In this document: piece after piece, positions 61,567-64,000 of the stretch
Layout: each line of letters starts with the position of its first letter
Position numbering within the stretch: position 1 is the first letter of the stretch
Assembly: GCF_009914755.1 (NCBI RefSeq)
Contig: NC_060931.1
DNA from: the human T2T-CHM13v2.0 reference genome, Homo sapiens
Length of the DNA: 64,000 nucleotides
Strand: one strand, 5' to 3'
Program-made: the position numbers and the translations under genes
Notes under the pieces: model-generated
Database searches by the model: none
What the model saw: only the letters and a program-made list of their open reading frames with translations
Told to the model about the DNA's origin: nothing

Positions 61567-61724
61567 CTGTAGTTCCCAAACCATGCTTGAATCAGAATCA
61601 CCTTGGGAGATTTGTGGGCCCACCCTGAGACTCACTGATTCAGTACCAGGGTTGGAGCCTAGAAACAAGCCTTTTTATAAATCTCCAAGGAGATCAAAAT
61701 ACACAATTGTGTTTGCAAACTACC
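61567..61724. mobile_element. MER5A-like hAT MITE (diverged)
   Basis: GTAGTTCCCAAAC...AATCAGAATCACCT...GGGCCCACCCTGAGACTCACTGATTCAG...GTTTGCAAACTAC. Confidence 0.6.
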
Positions 61725-62871
61725 ACCGTTAATCCCGTGCTGGACACTTATGGCTCCTTTTAGTCTTAATTTGGCCAGGAAACAATAAGAACATTTCATC
61801 AGGTCTAGTCAGATGTTGGAGACTTCGCAAAATACCAGTTCACTGTGCATTCCTGGAGCCTGAGAAAATGCTGATGTAAGGTATTCAAGCGCTAGTGATT
61901 CTTGAACTGTGCTTTTTGCTGTACTCTAGCTGATATATTATGTCAGGAGAGATGCCAAACTGGATAAAAGAATGTATGGTGTCATTTGACAGTCTTCCTC
62001 TTTGATACAGCAAGATGAAACAAGCATATAATGCCACAGAAAGAGCTCTTCCAGCATTATTCTTTCTCAGACTGAGATGCACTTTCAGGTGAGGTGTTGT
62101 CTTCCCCCACAGTGCTGCAGCGAATATTAGTGCTTACTCAGTTGGTTCCCGCTGAGTGATTGGAGTCAGGAGATGGGAGGGTTGTACCTGTGACTGCTGA
62201 GTATTGCCTGCAGAATGGGCCCAGAACGCATAGTTCAGGAATTTCAGGAGAAGACGACGGTCCTTAATCCAAGGCTGGGGGTTGTTTGCACGCTGCTGTG
62301 CTGCCCTGTGGTGCACCCCTGCCTGGAGCTCCAACAGACAAGTTGACTTCTGGTGACTGTTTCTCCTTCACTTCTTAGTCCCCCTCCTCCAGCTTTTTGA
62401 CATTCACCACATACATATATTATTGTCATATGATCTGTTCTTCTATATCAGTTCTTCATTTTCTACTTTAATTCCTCCTTAACTATTGTACTGATTTTTG
62501 ATTGACTTACCCAGTGCCTTTTCATGGACCTCTCTTCCCACCCCCAAAATTGGTTATCTTTGGGACCTTGAAATAAATTTGTCTCTAAATTATGAATAAT
62601 TGGTGTACTTAACTAACTTATGCATAATATGAATTTTATTGTGACTTACCTGTCATACTCTAATAGCCTCAGCTTCTATTTATTGCTAAAGTTTGTGTTT
62701 CTGGCTGTAAAATATTACTTATTTCACATATATCAGGGGCTTTTTATATGATTTTTTTCTTCTCTTTTTGCTCACCTGGGGAGTTCCTTCCCCTTTCCAT
62801 AAACTGTGGTCCCTGCATGGCTGTGCCCCATCCCTCCTCATCTGGCTTGTCCTGCCCACATCGCCCTGCAG

Positions 62872-62987
62872 GGTTCTATGGCCTGGATGAGTCTGACCTC
62901 GACAAGGTCTTCCACTTGCCCACCACCACTTTCATCGGGGGACAGGAATCAGCACTTCCTCTGCGGGAGATCATCCGTCGGCTGGAG
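62872..62987 (+). CDS. OGDH: OGDH next constitutive exon ([39 protein letters not shown])
   Basis: Acceptor CGCCCTGCAG, donor GAG|GTAAGA, 116 nt, phase 1-0. In frame with 4a, 4b and the microexon. Confidence 0.98.
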
Positions 62988-63104
62988 GTAAGAGCAGTTT
63001 CTGGAAAAATCTAATGGACTTCTTAAGAACTTGTATTGGCAGGATGGCTTTGAGACTAGTTTTATTTTTTTTCTTTGTCCTATCTTTCTATTTTATTTTT
63101 TCTC

Positions 63105-63375
63105 TGAGACAGAGTTACTGTCACCCAGGCTAGAATGCAGTGACACAGTTTGGCTCACTGCAGCCTTGACCTCCCAGTCTCAAACCATCCTCCCACCCCA
63201 ACCTCTTGTATCTGGGACTACTGGTACACACCACCATGCCCAGCTAATTTTTTTTTAATTTTTTATTGTAGAGATGAGGTGTTGCTGTGTTCCTCAGGCT
63301 GGTCTCAAATGCCTGGGCTCAAGTCATCCTCCTACCTCGGCCTCTCGAAGTGCTGGGATTACAAACATGAACCTG
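63105..63375 (-). mobile_element. Antisense AluJ-like element; MIR fragment nearby at ~63735-63900
   Basis: Alu and MIR consensus similarity. Confidence 0.8.
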
Positions 63376-64000
63376 TCTGTCTTTTTAAAAATTGTAAGGG
63401 AAGGAGGACTTTTGTGGCTATTGTTGCCATTTTATAGATAGAAACCAGTGGTTTTGTGATCAGCCATAGAGAGGGGAAGTAAATTCTGCTTTCAGATCCC
63501 ACTAGGAGTTTATTACAGATGGAAGGAGAGTCACTTCAACCCTGAGGGACAGGCCTCAAGTCAGGGGTGGCTTCGTGCACAGCTCAGTGTCAGGGCTGCT
63601 GAGTGGTGGCCACTCTTCTTTCCTCTCTCCCTCTGTTCCTCTCATCCTTGTGTTTTGTTTCATTTTTTTCCTTCTCTCTGGACTCTGTTAGTACTAAGCC
63701 TGCCAGGAAATTCTTTCATTCACACACATTATAGACAGTGGCTAAGAGTTGTGGCTCTGCTGTTAGGCTACCTGTGTCTAGTTCTTCCATCCTGGGCAAG
63801 TCATAGCCTCCCTCAGTATAAGGGTGACTTCTATGCCCATTGCAGAGGGGAGAATGGATTTGATGAGAGGTGCATGCCAAGAGTTGGCTATTACTGTTAC
63901 TTAATGCTGTTCCTGGTATTCAGAGCTAAAGGATCGAGGTTAAAATAAACTGAGGAAATACCCTGGAATGGGGACCCTCAGAATTGAGTATATATATCAG

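Overview
This is mammalian (primate, almost certainly human) genomic DNA, dense in Alu repeats. It covers the 5' part of OGDH, the E1 subunit of the mitochondrial 2-oxoglutarate dehydrogenase complex, on the + strand. The window holds a CpG-island promoter with non-coding exon 1 (donor at 2805), exon 2 with the ATG and mitochondrial presequence (20475-20723), and exon 3 (41479-41670). It also holds a pair of duplicated, mutually exclusive exons (4a 43596-43686; 4b 43809-43911, carrying the DADLD Ca2+ site), a 45-nt in-frame cassette microexon (52459-52503) and the next constitutive exon (62872-62987). The gene continues past the window. The introns contain roughly 60 Alu pieces, fragmented ancient L1M elements, ERV LTRs, MIRs and MER DNA transposons, and nearly all ORFs in the supplied track are repeat or low-complexity artefacts. 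The most interesting signals concern RNA processing. (1) Exon 4a/4b exclusivity looks sterically enforced, with readable splicing-factor motifs. (2) Alu orientation flips around exons 3-4b, predicting a 295-nt circular RNA whose sequence contains a 198-codon ORF crossing the back-splice junction twice. (3) A perfect-consensus competing donor 67 nt after exon 2 would create a poison (NMD) isoform. (4) A 53-bp fold-back Alu hairpin is fused to a long RY microsatellite. (5) Intronic AP-1/ARE, ERRE and MEF2 motif clusters suggest enhancers. No prokaryotic-type system is present. Repeat subfamily names are from recall of consensus sequences, and repeat boundaries are approximate.
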